Assembly (NCBI GenBank): GCA_963708135.1
Contig: OY970192.1
Span: 2,464,001-2,528,000, forward strand
DNA length: 64,000 bases
Direction of reading: 5' to 3'
Source: an uncultured Gemmatimonadales bacterium
GTDB lineage: Bacteria; Gemmatimonadota; Gemmatimonadetes; Longimicrobiales; RSA9
In this document: piece by piece, positions 28,203 through 38,113 of the stretch
Numbering within the stretch: position 1 is the stretch's first letter
How the letters are laid out: every line of letters starts with the position of its first letter
Position numbers and translations under genes: made by a program
The notes under the pieces: generated by a model
Databases searched by the model: none
What the model was told of the DNA's origin: nothing
The model's input: the letters and a program-made list of their open reading frames with translations, nothing else

Positions 28203-30242
28203 ATGAGGACCGTCGCCGTCTGGACCGCCGCGCTGCTCGTCCTGCCGCTCTGCGCCGCGCCGCTCGCCGCGCAGAGTCGTCCCGCGCCCACCCTGGACGC
28301 CGCCGCCACCGCGCGCGCCGGCCGGCCGCTGCCGGGACCTGTCTACGAGAGCCCGGGCTTCACCCGCGCCGTCGAGCGCGGCACCCGCACGCGCACCGGC
28401 CGGCCGGGCCCGAGCTACTGGGTCCAGCACGCGCGCTACAGGATCGATGCGACGCTCGACCCCGCCGCCGCCCGCCTGACCGGGAAGGAGACGGTGACCT
28501 ACACGAACGAGTCGCCGGACACGCTCCGCACGCTCGCGGTCCACCTGCGCCAGAACGCGTTCCGCGCCGGCAACCCGCGGCGCACGCCGGCTCCGATCAC
28601 GGGCGGCGTCGCCGTCCAGCGCGTGGCGGTGGACGGCACCGAGATCCAGCCGCGCGCCACGGGCGTCGAGGCGGTGCCGATCACCGAAGCCGTGCGGCGA
28701 CGCCAGTCGGCCGACCGCTATGTGGTGGATGGAACCGTGATGTGGATCCCGCTCGTCCGGCCGCTCGTCCCCCACGCCAGCGTCCGCCTCGACTTCACCT
28801 GGTCGTACTCGCCGCCGCCCGCGCCCTCCGATGGTCGCGAGGGCCGCGAGGGGCACCACCTCTTCTTCATGGGCTACTGGTATCCCCAGGTGGCGGTCTA
28901 CGACGACGTGAACGGCTGGGTGGCCGACCCGTACCTGCTCGAGGCGGAGTTCTACATGGACCCGGCCGACTACGACATCCGACTCACCGTCCCCCGCGGC
29001 TGGCCCGTCGGCGCCACCGGCACGCTCGATAACGCGGCCGAGGTCCTTTCCCCCACCACCCGCGCCCGGCTGGCCGAGGCGCGCCGCACCGGGCGGGTGG
29101 TTCGCGTCTTCTCGCCGGGCGACGCCGCGAACGCCTTCACCGCCGGCGGTCCCACGGCCACGTGGCACTTCACCACGAAGGACATGCGGGACTTCGCCTG
29201 GGGCACGAGCGACCGCTACATCTGGGACGCCACGCGCGCGCTCGTGGGAGGCGAGGGCGGCGCGGCGCCGGACACCGTCGCCATCAACAGCTTCTACCGG
29301 ATCCACCCGCCGGCCGCGGCGTGGGCCAAGGGCGGCGCCCGCTTCACCCGCAACGCCATCGAGCAGCTCTCGAAGTACCTCTGGCCGTATCCCTGGCCGC
29401 AGATGACCTCCATGGAGGGAGTCCTCGACAGCGGCGGCATGGAGTACCCGATGATGACCCTCATGCAGCCGTGGGCGGACACGCTGTCATTGGCCGGGGA
29501 CCTCATGCACGAGACAGGGCATATGTGGTTCCCGATGCAGGTCGGATCCAGCGAGACCCGGTTCCCGTGGATGGACGAGGGATTCACCCAGTACGACGTC
29601 GCCCAGGGCATGCGCCAGCTCTACGGCGAGCCGCGTACCGGAGGCCGGCCCAACGACTCCGAGCCCGGCCAGCGCAGCCTCTACGTCCGCACCGCCGCCG
29701 ACGGCCTCGACCGCACCCTCATGTGGTCCGGCAACCTTTACCCCGACGACGTCTACTTCATCATGTACTACGACAAGACCGCGCAGGTGCTCGCCGCCCT
29801 GCGTGGCATGATCGGCGAGCCGACGTTCCACGCCGCGTTTCGCGAGTATAGCCGCCGCTGGGTCGGCAAGCACCCCTACCCGTGGGACTTCTTCAATACC
29901 ATGAGCGCCGCCGCAGGCCGCGACCTCGACTGGTTCTTCCAGACCTGGTTCTACCACGGCTGGCCGCTCGACCAGGCCATCGCCGCCGTCCAGCCGCGCG
30001 GCGACTCGACCGCCATCACCATCGAGGACCGCGGCCTCGCTCCCATGCCCGTGCCGCTGGCCATCACCCGCGCCGATGGCAGCGTCCAGCACGTGGACGT
30101 GCCCGTGGACGTGTGGCTCACGGGCGCCCGCCAGCACGTGGTCACGGTGGCCGGGAAGCCGGACGTCGTGAAGGTGGTGATCGACCCGGACGGCCTCTAC
30201 CCGGACATCGACCGGGACAACCAGGTCTGGGAGCGGAAGTAG
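28203..30242 (+). CDS. M1 family zinc aminopeptidase, exported
   Basis: GGMEYP, HETGHMWF...WMDEG, YYDK; signal peptide; AAGGAG RBS. Confidence 0.92.
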   Translation: MRTVAVWTAALLVLPLCAAPLAAQSRPAPTLDAAATARAGRPLPGPVYESPGFTRAVERGTRTRTGRPGPSYWVQHARYRIDATLDPAAARLTGKETVTYTNESPDTLRTLAVHLRQNAFRAGNPRRTPAPITGGVAVQRVAVDGTEIQPRATGVEAVPITEAVRRRQSADRYVVDGTVMWIPLVRPLVPHASVRLDFTWSYSPPPAPSDGREGREGHHLFFMGYWYPQVAVYDDVNGWVADPYLLEAEFYMDPADYDIRLTVPRGWPVGATGTLDNAAEVLSPTTRARLAEARRTGRVVRVFSPGDAANAFTAGGPTATWHFTTKDMRDFAWGTSDRYIWDATRALVGGEGGAAPDTVAINSFYRIHPPAAAWAKGGARFTRNAIEQLSKYLWPYPWPQMTSMEGVLDSGGMEYPMMTLMQPWADTLSLAGDLMHETGHMWFPMQVGSSETRFPWMDEGFTQYDVAQGMRQLYGEPRTGGRPNDSEPGQRSLYVRTAADGLDRTLMWSGNLYPDDVYFIMYYDKTAQVLAALRGMIGEPTFHAAFREYSRRWVGKHPYPWDFFNTMSAAAGRDLDWFFQTWFYHGWPLDQAIAAVQPRGDSTAITIEDRGLAPMPVPLAITRADGSVQHVDVPVDVWLTGARQHVVTVAGKPDVVKVVIDPDGLYPDIDRDNQVWERK

Positions 30243-30272
30243 CTGCCCGGCAGGAGCAGGGATCACGCGACG

Positions 30273-30893
30273 CTACTCCTCCTCCAGGCGTACGTCCAGT
30301 CCCAGCCCCTGGGCCATGACGATCGTCTGGTCAATGGATATGATCGCGCCGCGCAGCTCCACGCGCAGCGGATCCACGGCGCTCAGGTCGCTGCCGCGCA
30401 GGTCGCAGCCGGCGAGGTTGGCGCGGTCCAGCCAGGCGCCGGAGAGGTCCACGTCGCGTAGCGTGGCGCCGTGCAGGTCGGCGCCGACCAGCTCCGCCTC
30501 CCGCATGACGAGGCCGCGGAAGGACGCGCTGTGCAGGTCCGCCCCCGCCAGGCCGACGAAGGACCAGTTCCCGCCCGACACCTGCATGACCTCGAAGCCG
30601 CAGCGCTCGAAGCGGCTGCCCACCAGCTTGCAGTCGGTGAAGCGGGCGTCGTAGAACGAGCACCCCGCGAACCAGCAGTTCACGAACGCCGCCCGCCGGT
30701 GCACGGAGGCGTTGAACCGCACCCGCCGGAACACACACTCCTCGAAGCTGGCACCCTCCTCCTCGACCTCCGTCAGGTCGAGGTCGAGGAAGAGCACCCT
30801 CGCGTGGCTCGCGCCCGAGATGTCGCGGCCGGACGGCACCGCGCCACTGACCGTCCTCTCCGTCTCCGGCTCCCGCGGCCCTCCCCCTCTCAT
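30273..30893 (-). CDS. Pentapeptide repeat protein, MfpA-like
   Basis: Continuous A(D/N)Lxx and xxFxx pentads with a C-terminal helix IDQTIVMAQGLGL. Start uncertain. Confidence 0.85.
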   Translation of the reverse strand: MRGGGPREPETERTVSGAVPSGRDISGASHARVLFLDLDLTEVEEEGASFEECVFRRVRFNASVHRRAAFVNCWFAGCSFYDARFTDCKLVGSRFERCGFEVMQVSGGNWSFVGLAGADLHSASFRGLVMREAELVGADLHGATLRDVDLSGAWLDRANLAGCDLRGSDLSAVDPLRVELRGAIISIDQTIVMAQGLGLDVRLEEE

Positions 30894-30949
30894 CCACCCG
30901 TCCGGATCTGAACTTGAATTCGCATGCCCGAGCCCCGACCCCCGAGCCC

Positions 30950-33900
30950 CTACTCCGGCCTCCTCGCCTTGTCCACGAACGCAGGATGATGCGGCGCCTT
31001 GACCCCCTCGGTCTCCAGCAGCTTCATCGCCTCCTCGACGGCGCGCGCGATCTGCGGGTCCGTGCCGGCGGCCCAGTCCTTCGCGTCGTAGTAGACCGGG
31101 ATGTCCGGCGGCACGCCCTGGTTCTCCGCCACCCAGTGGTCGCCGGAGAAGACGCCGCTGCACGGCGAGGTGATGAAGCCGCCGTCCACGAGCGGGTAGG
31201 GCACGCACGCGGCCACCAGCCCGCCCCACGTCCGCTCGCCGATGAGCGGGCCGATCTTGTGCTGCCGGAACGCCCACGGGAAGTAGTCGCCGCCGGAGCC
31301 GGCCCGCTCGTTCACGAGCAGCACCTTCGGGCCCAGGATCCCCGCGACCGGCAGCCGGTAGTCGATGCCGCCGGCCGCGTCGTTGGTGATGCCGCCGATC
31401 AGCGTCCGGCTCATCATGTCGACCATGTAGTCGTCGAGCGAGCCGCCGCCGTTGAAGCGCTCGTCGATGACCGCGCCATCCCGGTCCTGCTGCGCGAAGA
31501 AGTAGCGGTTGAAGGACGTGAAGCCGGCGCCGGCCGTGTTCGGCACCCAGACGTAGGCCAGCCGGCCGTGCGAGAGCTCGTCAACCCTGCGCCGGTTGTC
31601 CTCCACCCACGCCCTCTGGCGCAGCGCCACGTCGCTCCGCAGCGGCACCACGGTCACCGTCCACGAGCCGGCCAGGGAAGGCCTGCTGTTCAGCGTGAGC
31701 ACGGTCTGCCGCTCGGCGGTGCCGTCCAGCAGGCGGTACGGGTTCTCCGCCGCGGTGAGCGGCTCGCCGTTCACGGCCAGCAGGTAGTCGCCCTCGGAGG
31801 CGCGCACGCCGGGCGCCGAGAGCGGCGCGGACAGCCCCGGGTTCCAGCCCTCGGCCTCGAGGATGCGCCGGATCCGCCAGCGCCCGTTCTCCGCGGCCAG
31901 ATCGGCGCCGAGCAGCCCCGTCCGCACGGTGTCCACGTCCGGGTAGTCGCCGCCGCCCGTGAAGCTGTGCCCCACGCTCAGCTCGCCGCCCACCTGGTCC
32001 AGCAGGTAGCGCAGGTCCTCCCGGCTCCGAACGTACGGCACCAGCGGCGCGTAGCGCGCGTGCACCGCCGGCCAGTCGGCACCGTGGAGGTTGGGCGCGT
32101 AGAAGAAGTCGCGCTCGATGCGCCACGCCTCCTCGAAGACCTGCTTCCATTCCTCGGCCGGGTCCACCTTCATCCGCAGCGCCACGTCGATCTTCCCCTC
32201 GCCCGGCTTGGGCGCCGCGGCCGTGCCGACAATGTGCCACGCCGGCCCCTGCCGGAAGAGCAGCTTCTGGCCGTCGGCCGAGACCGAGATGCCGCTCGCG
32301 CCGTGCAGGAAGTCCTCCTCCTTCCGCTTCTTCATGTCGAAGCGGTGGACCGTGAGCCCGGGCGCGTTCTCGACCCGCTCGGAGAGGAAGACCACGCCAT
32401 CGGGGCCCGCCGTCAGGGCGCTGTAGCGGCGCACCGGCACCGGCAGCGCCACGATGCGGCGGCCGATGCCGTCCGGATCGATGCGCACGTGGGCGACCGA
32501 GTCCGACTTCGCCCCTCCTGGCGACGCACCCGGCGCCGCCTTCCTCCCGGCCGCGGCCTTGCCCGAGTCCTCGGCGGCCGCCACCCCCTTCTCCTCGTCG
32601 CTCTCCGGTGCGAACGGGGTGGCGTCCTCCTTCCGCAGCACGGCCACGTAGGCGCCGTACGTCGGCCGCGCCTGCTCGTTGCTCAGGTTGGCCCAGCCGC
32701 TGGCCAGCCCCAGGTCCGTGCTGGCCAGGAAGTAGAGCCACCGACCACCCCGGTCCCATGCCGGCGAGACGGCGTCCGCGAGCTCGTTCGTGAGCGCCGT
32801 CGCCTGCCCCGTCTCGGCGGACCACACCACGACGCGGTGGAAGTGGTTCGGGTACTCCTTCGCGTACGCCAGCCACCTCGAGTCCGGCGACCACGTAAGG
32901 CCGAGCCCGCCGCGGTTCTGGATCGTGCCATCGGTGTCCGGCGACATGAGCTTGCCGGAGGCCACAACCATGACGTGGATGCGCGCGCGCTGGTCCACCC
33001 ATGCCATGTGCTTCCCGTCCGGCGACCACGCGGCCGACCACGCGTACTTCGTCTCATCGCCGAGCGGGACCTGGCGCGGCTTCGTGAGGGCGTCCTGGTC
33101 GCCGATCAGCAGCTTGTATCCCGGGCCTTCATCCGAGAACCACGCCACCTGCCTGCCGTCCGGCGACCACATGGGCGAGCGGTCCGCCGCACCCGACGAG
33201 CGCGTCAGGTCGCGCACGTCGCCCTTCTCCGCCGGGACCGTGAAGATGTCGCCCCTCGCCTCGAAGAGCGCCCGCTTCCCCGTCGGCGAGAGCGAGGACG
33301 AGGCGATCTCCCGGCTCACGTCCTCCCAGTGCGGCATGGCCCACGGGAAGTCGCCGTGCACCGCGATGTCCAGCTTCTTCGCCTGCCGCGTGGACGGGTC
33401 CAGCAGCCACAGCCAGCCGTCCTCCTCGAACGCCAGCGCGTCCGCCGCCCCGCCGCCCAGGCTCTTCACGTCCGCGTCCTTGAAGTGCGTGACCTGCGCC
33501 AGCTCCTTCGTGGCGACGTCGTAGCTCCACACGTTCGTCGCGTAGTCCCGGTCCGAGAGGAACCAGACCTTCCCGCCCTGCCAGACCGGCCACGTGTCCG
33601 TGGTGTGCTCGTTCGGCAGCTTGACCTCGGAGAGGTCGGAGAGGTCCAGGATCGTGAGCGGCGTGTTCTGCCCGCCCCGGTAGTTCCTGAACTCCACGTC
33701 CCAGCGGTCCACGCGGTCCACCACCAGCCGCTTCCCGTCCGGCGAGAACGAGCCGCGCATCGCCATCGCCTCCGGCACCTGGTGCGGCGGCCCGCCCGCC
33801 ACCGGCACCAGCCACAGGTGAGCGTATGGCACCGGCGCCGAGCCGCGGTCCGACGCGTAGAGCACCTCCCTGCCATCCGGGCTCCACCCCCGCGCGAACG

Positions 33901-34297
33901 AAGGCGACGGGTGCCACGTCAGCCGCCGCGGCTCCCCGCCTCCCGCCGCCACCACCCACACCTCCGGCGTCCCCGTCCGGTTCGACGTGAACGCGATCCA
34001 CCGTCCGTCCGGCGAGAAGTGCGGGTCCGTCTCGATCGCCGGCGTCGCCGTGAGCCGCCTGGCCTCGCCGCCGTTCCGGCCCGCCACCCAGAGGTCGCCG
34101 CCGTACTCGAACGCCACCTCCGTGGCCGAGAGCGTCGGCTCGCGCAGCAGCCGCGTGCCCTGGGCCTCCGCCGCCGCCGCCGCGAGCATCACCGCGAACA
34201 GGGCCGGGAGCAGCACGAGAAGCAGCCCACGAGCCCCGGACGCTGCCGGCTCACGGCGGGCGGGATCAACTGCCGGACGGGTGCCGAGCGGAGGCAT
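30950..34297 (-). CDS. Tricorn-type S41 protease (propellers, PDZ, S41 domain)
   Basis: IDERFNGGG, AGSGGDYFP, GERTWGG, ENQGVPPD; propeller repeats; signal peptide. Confidence 0.93.
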   Translation of the reverse strand: MPPLGTRPAVDPARREPAASGARGLLLVLLPALFAVMLAAAAAEAQGTRLLREPTLSATEVAFEYGGDLWVAGRNGGEARRLTATPAIETDPHFSPDGRWIAFTSNRTGTPEVWVVAAGGGEPRRLTWHPSPSFARGWSPDGREVLYASDRGSAPVPYAHLWLVPVAGGPPHQVPEAMAMRGSFSPDGKRLVVDRVDRWDVEFRNYRGGQNTPLTILDLSDLSEVKLPNEHTTDTWPVWQGGKVWFLSDRDYATNVWSYDVATKELAQVTHFKDADVKSLGGGAADALAFEEDGWLWLLDPSTRQAKKLDIAVHGDFPWAMPHWEDVSREIASSSLSPTGKRALFEARGDIFTVPAEKGDVRDLTRSSGAADRSPMWSPDGRQVAWFSDEGPGYKLLIGDQDALTKPRQVPLGDETKYAWSAAWSPDGKHMAWVDQRARIHVMVVASGKLMSPDTDGTIQNRGGLGLTWSPDSRWLAYAKEYPNHFHRVVVWSAETGQATALTNELADAVSPAWDRGGRWLYFLASTDLGLASGWANLSNEQARPTYGAYVAVLRKEDATPFAPESDEEKGVAAAEDSGKAAAGRKAAPGASPGGAKSDSVAHVRIDPDGIGRRIVALPVPVRRYSALTAGPDGVVFLSERVENAPGLTVHRFDMKKRKEEDFLHGASGISVSADGQKLLFRQGPAWHIVGTAAAPKPGEGKIDVALRMKVDPAEEWKQVFEEAWRIERDFFYAPNLHGADWPAVHARYAPLVPYVRSREDLRYLLDQVGGELSVGHSFTGGGDYPDVDTVRTGLLGADLAAENGRWRIRRILEAEGWNPGLSAPLSAPGVRASEGDYLLAVNGEPLTAAENPYRLLDGTAERQTVLTLNSRPSLAGSWTVTVVPLRSDVALRQRAWVEDNRRRVDELSHGRLAYVWVPNTAGAGFTSFNRYFFAQQDRDGAVIDERFNGGGSLDDYMVDMMSRTLIGGITNDAAGGIDYRLPVAGILGPKVLLVNERAGSGGDYFPWAFRQHKIGPLIGERTWGGLVAACVPYPLVDGGFITSPCSGVFSGDHWVAENQGVPPDIPVYYDAKDWAAGTDPQIARAVEEAMKLLETEGVKAPHHPAFVDKARRPE

Positions 34298-34397
34298 GGC
34301 CCTACCTCGATCTGTGGTGCAATCAGTGGAGCGGAAGGGCCAATGTAAGCGGCGGCCGCCGGAGCGGTAAAGGGCGCCGGGCTGCGGCCGGGCGCCG

Positions 34398-35333
34398 CTA
34401 CTGCCGCGCCCCGGGCGGCTGCGGCCTCCCGGGCGCCGAAGGCGCGGGCGGGGCGAGCAAGGCACCGATCGGGACCGCCACCACGGAGTCGCGGCCGCGC
34501 CGGAGGAGCCCGCGCACGGAGTCGATCTCGATCCGCGGCGCGTCGTAGCCGGCCCGCACCAGGACCTGCACGAGGTCCTCCACCCCCGTGCCCCTCCCGT
34601 AGACGTCCGGCAGCACGGCCACCGTGTCGCCACGCACTTCGGCCGTCTCGTAGACCACCTCCAGCGGCACCGGCTCCGCCAGCTCGATCGTGCGCGTCGC
34701 CCGCGGCAACGCCTCGAGCGAGTCGAGCTCGGCCGCGCTGACGTCGCCGGAGGCGTGCGCGTGGACCAGCCGCGCCAGCGCGATCGCGTCCTCGTTCCGC
34801 ATGCGCACGCACCCGTGCGACGCCGCGCTCCCGATGGACGCCTCGCTCGGCGTGCCGTGCAGGAAATAGTAGGGGCTGAAATAGAGCTTCACCCGCCCCA
34901 TCGGATTCCTGGGCCCCGGCGGCGTCACCCTCTCACGCGCCGCCCACGCCCGCTCCGGCGGCGTCCACCAGGGGTTCCACACCACCCGCGTCACGGCGAA
35001 GCCGCCCCTCGGCGTCGGATACCGCCGCATCCCCACCGCGACCGGGAAGGTGCGCACCAGCCGCGTGCCCTCGTACGCCTCCGGCCGGTACGCCGGGATG
35101 TTCAGGCGCAGGCGGAACCGCGGCACCTGCGCCCGGGCAGGCGCCGCCGCGCCAAGCGCGGAGGGACTCGCGGCCACCGCGAACGCCGCCGTCCCGCACG
35201 CGTCCGGGATCGCGCCGGCGCAGCCCGCCACCGCCGCGGCCGCCAGCGCCAGCCCGGCCGCACGCGCCAGCGAGCTGCCGACCGCGGCGCGCGGCGCGGC
35301 CGGAGCACCGCGATGGCCGCCCCGTTCCTTCAT
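34398..35333 (-). CDS. L,D-transpeptidase (YkuD), lipoprotein
   Basis: LNIPAY, VAVG..YPTP, NPMG, LHGT..SIGSAASHGCVRM; VAGC lipobox. Confidence 0.9.
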   Translation of the reverse strand: MKERGGHRGAPAAPRAAVGSSLARAAGLALAAAAVAGCAGAIPDACGTAAFAVAASPSALGAAAPARAQVPRFRLRLNIPAYRPEAYEGTRLVRTFPVAVGMRRYPTPRGGFAVTRVVWNPWWTPPERAWAARERVTPPGPRNPMGRVKLYFSPYYFLHGTPSEASIGSAASHGCVRMRNEDAIALARLVHAHASGDVSAAELDSLEALPRATRTIELAEPVPLEVVYETAEVRGDTVAVLPDVYGRGTGVEDLVQVLVRAGYDAPRIEIDSVRGLLRRGRDSVVAVPIGALLAPPAPSAPGRPQPPGARQ

Positions 35334-35843
35334 CGCCCGCCTCCTTCCGCGGCACCGCCCTTCCGCCGCTCCACGGCTCCCTCGACCGAGACCCGCTGCG
35401 GCTCCGAGGAGCGCTCCACCCCCTGGCGCTCAGAGAGAGAGTCGTGCCGCCGCGCGAAGCTCCGGACCCCGACGCCCGGCGTCGCCCGAAGGGCCGGTCG
35501 GCACGGCGGTTTCCCCGCCTGGCGGCGGCTCCGGCCGGCCGCCGCGTCGTGCCCCGCTGCGGCGCCCGATCGGGCGATCCTGAGGACACCGTGGGACATT
35601 CCTGCCTCACCCGCACCCCCAGCGCTGCCGGCCGGAGCAACTTGCGGCCGCGCCGTAAGCGCCACGCGCACAAGCGCGTGCGGGATCCGCGCCGGCGGAC
35701 CGGCGGCCGGCGGCGGCGTGGCCGGCAAAATGCCGCCGTGCCTGGGGCAGGACCGCGCGGGCGACGAGCTCGGCGGACGGGAGGGAGTGGAACGGGACTC
35801 TGGTCGTGCCACCGCCGCGGCGGTGACGCCGCGGGAGGCGACG

Positions 35844-36524
35844 ATGCCGAATGGACCCCCACCCGTGCCCGTGGGGCGCGAGGTGGTCGTGAACGCTGCG
35901 GGCGTGGAGCTCGAGGGCGAGTTGGTGCTGCCGGAAGGCGCGGAGGCGCTCGTCCTCTTCGCGCACGGCAGCGGCAGCAGCCGCTTCAGCCCGCGCAACC
36001 GTGCCGTGGCGGAGGTGCTCCAGGCCGCGCGGCTCGGCACTCTCCTCTTCGACCTGCTCACCTCGGAGGAGGACCTCGTCGATCGGATCACGGCGGGGCT
36101 GCGCTTCGACATCCCGCTGCTGGCCGAGCGGCTCGCGGGGGCGACGGACTGGGTTCTGGCGGGCGCCGGGACCGGCGGCCTGCGGCTCGGCTACTTCGGG
36201 GCGAGCACCGGCGCGGCCGCGGCGCTCATCGCGGCCGCGGACCGGCCCGCGGCCGTGGGCGCCGTGGTTTCCCGGGGCGGGCGCCCCGATCTGGCGGCGG
36301 GCGCGCTCCGCCGCGTCCGTGCTCCCACGCTGCTCGTGGTGGGAGAGCGCGACGCCGAGGTGCTCGCGCTCAATCGGGAGGCGCTGGCCGTGCTTGGCGC
36401 GGCGAACCGCCTGGAGGTGGTGGCGGGTGCCACGCACCTCTTCGAGGAGCCGGGCACCCTGAACACCGTGGCGGAGCTGGCGCGCGACTGGTTCCTGACG
36501 CACCTCATCGCCGGCGGGGCGTGA
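35844..36524 (+). CDS. Dienelactone-hydrolase-like alpha/beta hydrolase (PRTase-associated type)
   Basis: FAHGSGSSRFSPRN, GYFGASTG, SRGGRPDLA, GATHLFEEPG. Confidence 0.9.
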   Translation: MPNGPPPVPVGREVVVNAAGVELEGELVLPEGAEALVLFAHGSGSSRFSPRNRAVAEVLQAARLGTLLFDLLTSEEDLVDRITAGLRFDIPLLAERLAGATDWVLAGAGTGGLRLGYFGASTGAAAALIAAADRPAAVGAVVSRGGRPDLAAGALRRVRAPTLLVVGERDAEVLALNREALAVLGAANRLEVVAGATHLFEEPGTLNTVAELARDWFLTHLIAGGA

Positions 36525-36535
36525 GTGGTGGCGTC

Positions 36536-37198
36536 TCAGGCGCCGATGCCCGCCTCGGTTGGAGCAGCGTCGGCCAGCAACCGGCGGACGGTTGCGTCAT
36601 CGAGCTGCGGGAACCGCTCGTACCAGACACCGATCGCGTAGAACGGGCGCGGGCTCGCCAGGCAGACGAGCGCGTCCACCTCCCGCTCCAGCCGCGCGCA
36701 TGCGTCCGGCGGCGCCACGGGCGTGGCCAGCACGATCCGCGCGGGTCCCATCGCGCGCAACGCCCGCACCGCCGCCCGCGCGGTCGAGCCGGTCGCGATC
36801 CCGTCGTCCACGAGGATGACCGTCCAATCCCGCACGTCCAGCGCCGGCGCGCTGCCGCGATAGGCACGCTCCCGACGCACCACCTCGCGCCGCTCTTCCT
36901 CCGCGACGCCTTCGATCACGGCCGCCGGGATGCCCAGCTCACTCACGACCTGCTCGTTCAGGACCCGCACCCCGCCCCCCGCCACCGCGCCCATCGCCAG
37001 CTCCGGCTGCCAGGGCATTCCCAGCTTGCGCACCACAAGCACGTCCAGCGGAGCGCCGAGCCCCCGCGCGACCTCGGCGCCGACCTCGACCCCTCCCCGC
37101 GGCAGCGCCAGCACGCAGACGTCGGAGCGACCCGCGTACGTGGCCAGCCGCTCCGCCAGCCGCCGGCCGGCGTCCTGGCGATCCAGGAAGATCCTCAT
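36536..37198 (-). CDS. Phosphoribosyltransferase (Rv0571c/Rv2030c N-terminal type)
   Basis: FLDRQDAGRRLA, LALPRGG, VRKLG.P.QPELAMGA, ILVDDGIATGST; AAGGAG RBS. Confidence 0.92.
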   Translation of the reverse strand: MRIFLDRQDAGRRLAERLATYAGRSDVCVLALPRGGVEVGAEVARGLGAPLDVLVVRKLGMPWQPELAMGAVAGGGVRVLNEQVVSELGIPAAVIEGVAEEERREVVRRERAYRGSAPALDVRDWTVILVDDGIATGSTARAAVRALRAMGPARIVLATPVAPPDACARLEREVDALVCLASPRPFYAIGVWYERFPQLDDATVRRLLADAAPTEAGIGA

Positions 37199-37521
37199 GT
37201 CCGCTCCTTTCCCTGGACAACGACAGGCGCACCCAATGCTCCCCTGCCTTGCCGACCGCCGGAACGCCACGGCGGGTTTCGTGCCGCGCCGAATCGGGCC
37301 GGGCTCCGCGGTCCGGGAAGGCGAGCGCGCACCGGCAGGACGATCTGCCCCCTCCATCCTCCCGGCCAATGTCTCGGATGGCCCCGGCGCGGAGCGGAGC
37401 GACGTGTGGAGCTGGAATGCCATGTGGCGGGCCGCTGGCTTCGCGCTGGGCGTCTCGGCGTTCATCTTCTGAGCTGGTGCCACCCCGCAGGCGCCCGCCG
37501 GCGCCGCGGCGTGCCGTCCCC

Positions 37522-38097
37522 TCAGCCGCCCTCCCTCCGGGCCACCGGCGGCGGCCCGTGGCGCGCGTGCAGGAGGTCCTCCAGGAACGTCACCTCCTCC
37601 TGCAGCCGTGCGAGATCGCTCTCCAGCTGCTCGATCCGGTCGAGCGCCGGCTCGCCCGCAGGAAGCCCGGCCTGCGGGCGGCGGGGCGGGAGCGCGGCGC
37701 GCGCCGCGGGCGAGCGAGCGCCGCCCAGCAGCCAGCTGACCAGCTCGCCGCCGGCCGCCCGGCCCAGGCCGCCGATCCGCAGCGTGCCCCGCCGCGTCTT
37801 CACGAGGACCTTGCTGCGCACGACCCCGTGCTGAAACGCCTGCTCGATCCGCGGCAGCGCCACGTAGATCTGCTGGCGCGTAGGGCTCTCGCGGTCCTGG
37901 AGGCAGACCAGCCGCCGGTCCGTGACCACCACGAACCAGCGGCCGAGCCGCGGCAGCCATGTGGTGCGGACCCGGCCGCGCGCCACGAACACCGCCCGCT
38001 CCCCCTCGAGCAGCACCTCCGAGAGGTCCGGCACGTGTCCACCGCCGAGCCCCCGGGGCTCGGGCACCGGCGCGCTCGCCCGCCCATCGTCGTTCAT
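37522..38097 (-). CDS. Hypothetical protein, PH-like domain plus C-terminal coiled coil
   Basis: VVVTDRRLV motif; LDRIEQLESDLARLQEEVTFLEDLL. Confidence 0.65.
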   Translation of the reverse strand: MNDDGRASAPVPEPRGLGGGHVPDLSEVLLEGERAVFVARGRVRTTWLPRLGRWFVVVTDRRLVCLQDRESPTRQQIYVALPRIEQAFQHGVVRSKVLVKTRRGTLRIGGLGRAAGGELVSWLLGGARSPAARAALPPRRPQAGLPAGEPALDRIEQLESDLARLQEEVTFLEDLLHARHGPPPVARREGG

Positions 38098-38113
38098 CGG
38101 TCGGCTCCCCGAG

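Noticed and set aside
37370..37472. Small hydrophobic plus-strand peptide ending MWRAAGFALGVSAFIF
   Set aside because: No clear RBS or family; cannot be distinguished from chance.
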